This document shows positions 63,138-64,000 of a DNA stretch of 64,000 nucleotides, piece by piece. The position numbers were made by a program, and so were the translations under genes. A model generated the notes under the pieces. The model was given only the letters and a program-made list of their open reading frames with translations, was not told the origin of the DNA and made no database searches. The DNA is from Somniosus microcephalus (taxonomy: Eukaryota), in NCBI GenBank assembly GCA_052327205.1, contig CM126207.1, positions 209,436,001 through 209,500,000 of the forward strand, given 5' to 3'. Numbering within the stretch: the stretch's first letter is position 1; each line of letters begins with the position of its first letter.

Positions 63138-64000
63138 AACCAATTCACTCAGCCACTGTTGGATGAAGTCTCATCCCAATTATCACAAGGATTTAACAGC
63201 AACAAACAGCAGAGGAAAATGAGTTTTCAAAAAGTAACTTTAGAAGTAAGCCCTGCAGTGCTTTACTGTTGCTCAGCAGAGAGCACAGCTTGGTCGTGCA
63301 GCTACCGCTTTAGAAAGGCAATCGACAGCTACTGTGCATGAAGCAGCTGTTCACAAAATGGTTAAGTCGGTCTGAAGCCTTGTGCTGTACATAAGAGATG
63401 AGCGGCCCCTTTATATTACAGAGAATGGAGTCAAGTCAACACAGTTCTGAGATATGCTGGAGCCTCCAGTGCGCTGGAACCTCACCCACATTTAGATTGT
63501 GGGACAGATTGCACAGAACCAGCAGTAACACAAAAATAAGCAGCTGGCCAGTAGACACTTTGGGCCACCACATGGCTTCAGGTAGAGCGTACAGGCCAAA
63601 GGTGGGTAAAGTACATTGCTGGCCTGTATGAGTGAGCTGGGACGTCAGCCCCCTGATGACTATTGGGGGCAGTGTTTATACTTAATTTGCCCCCATTAGC
63701 ACAGTTACCTTTAGAGAAATGTGGGACCACACCCATCTCGTTTACATTAGAGATGCGCTACCTTGGGGCTCCCATTAGCAGTAGTGCTGTATTACAAAAG
63801 GAGTACTTTATACTGAAAGCTTCTGTTCCTGCAATTTCCTTCTCCTTTAAAAGGAATGTGTTTTGGCTCAAAGAACACAGATTTTTAATTTGATAGGTTT
63901 GATGCAGAGAACAAACATACTGGTGGCAAAATACTGAATTATGCAAAATCATCACCATCTAATTTCATTACCAAATGAGCCAGCTCCACACTCTGTACCT

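Noticed and set aside
55614-64000. Upstream RIPOR1 exons (expected ...IERFLRRLEFH..K)
   Set aside because: Not found by eye; probably further upstream, though a very short exon could have been missed.

Overview
Repeat-rich vertebrate genomic DNA, very probably from a cartilaginous fish (shark), judged from HE1/V-SINE, Deu-domain SINE, CR1, L2 and Penelope-type repeats. It is not prokaryotic. The window lies inside one minus-strand gene, RIPOR1 (FAM65A). I reconstructed 15 consecutive coding exons from 55613 down to 3222. All have GT-AG boundaries and consistent phase, giving 2563 nt (854 codons + 1 nt). The N-terminal exons and the last exon were not found and probably lie outside the window. 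The introns hold decayed L2, CR1, RTE and another CR1/L2-group LINE, three SINE families whose tails match LINEs in the window, several MITEs, a 2.2-kb G-run minisatellite, Penelope-type inverted repeats with hammerhead-like cores, and a 235-bp solo LTR. The LTR carries an ISRE-like motif and sits in sense orientation about 200 bp upstream of an exon with in-frame ATGs. I found no convincing novel multi-gene system. The best leads are the LTR, the hammerhead-like hairpins, the minisatellite and the motif-bearing MITEs. Repeat family names and protein comparisons are from memory, not database searches.
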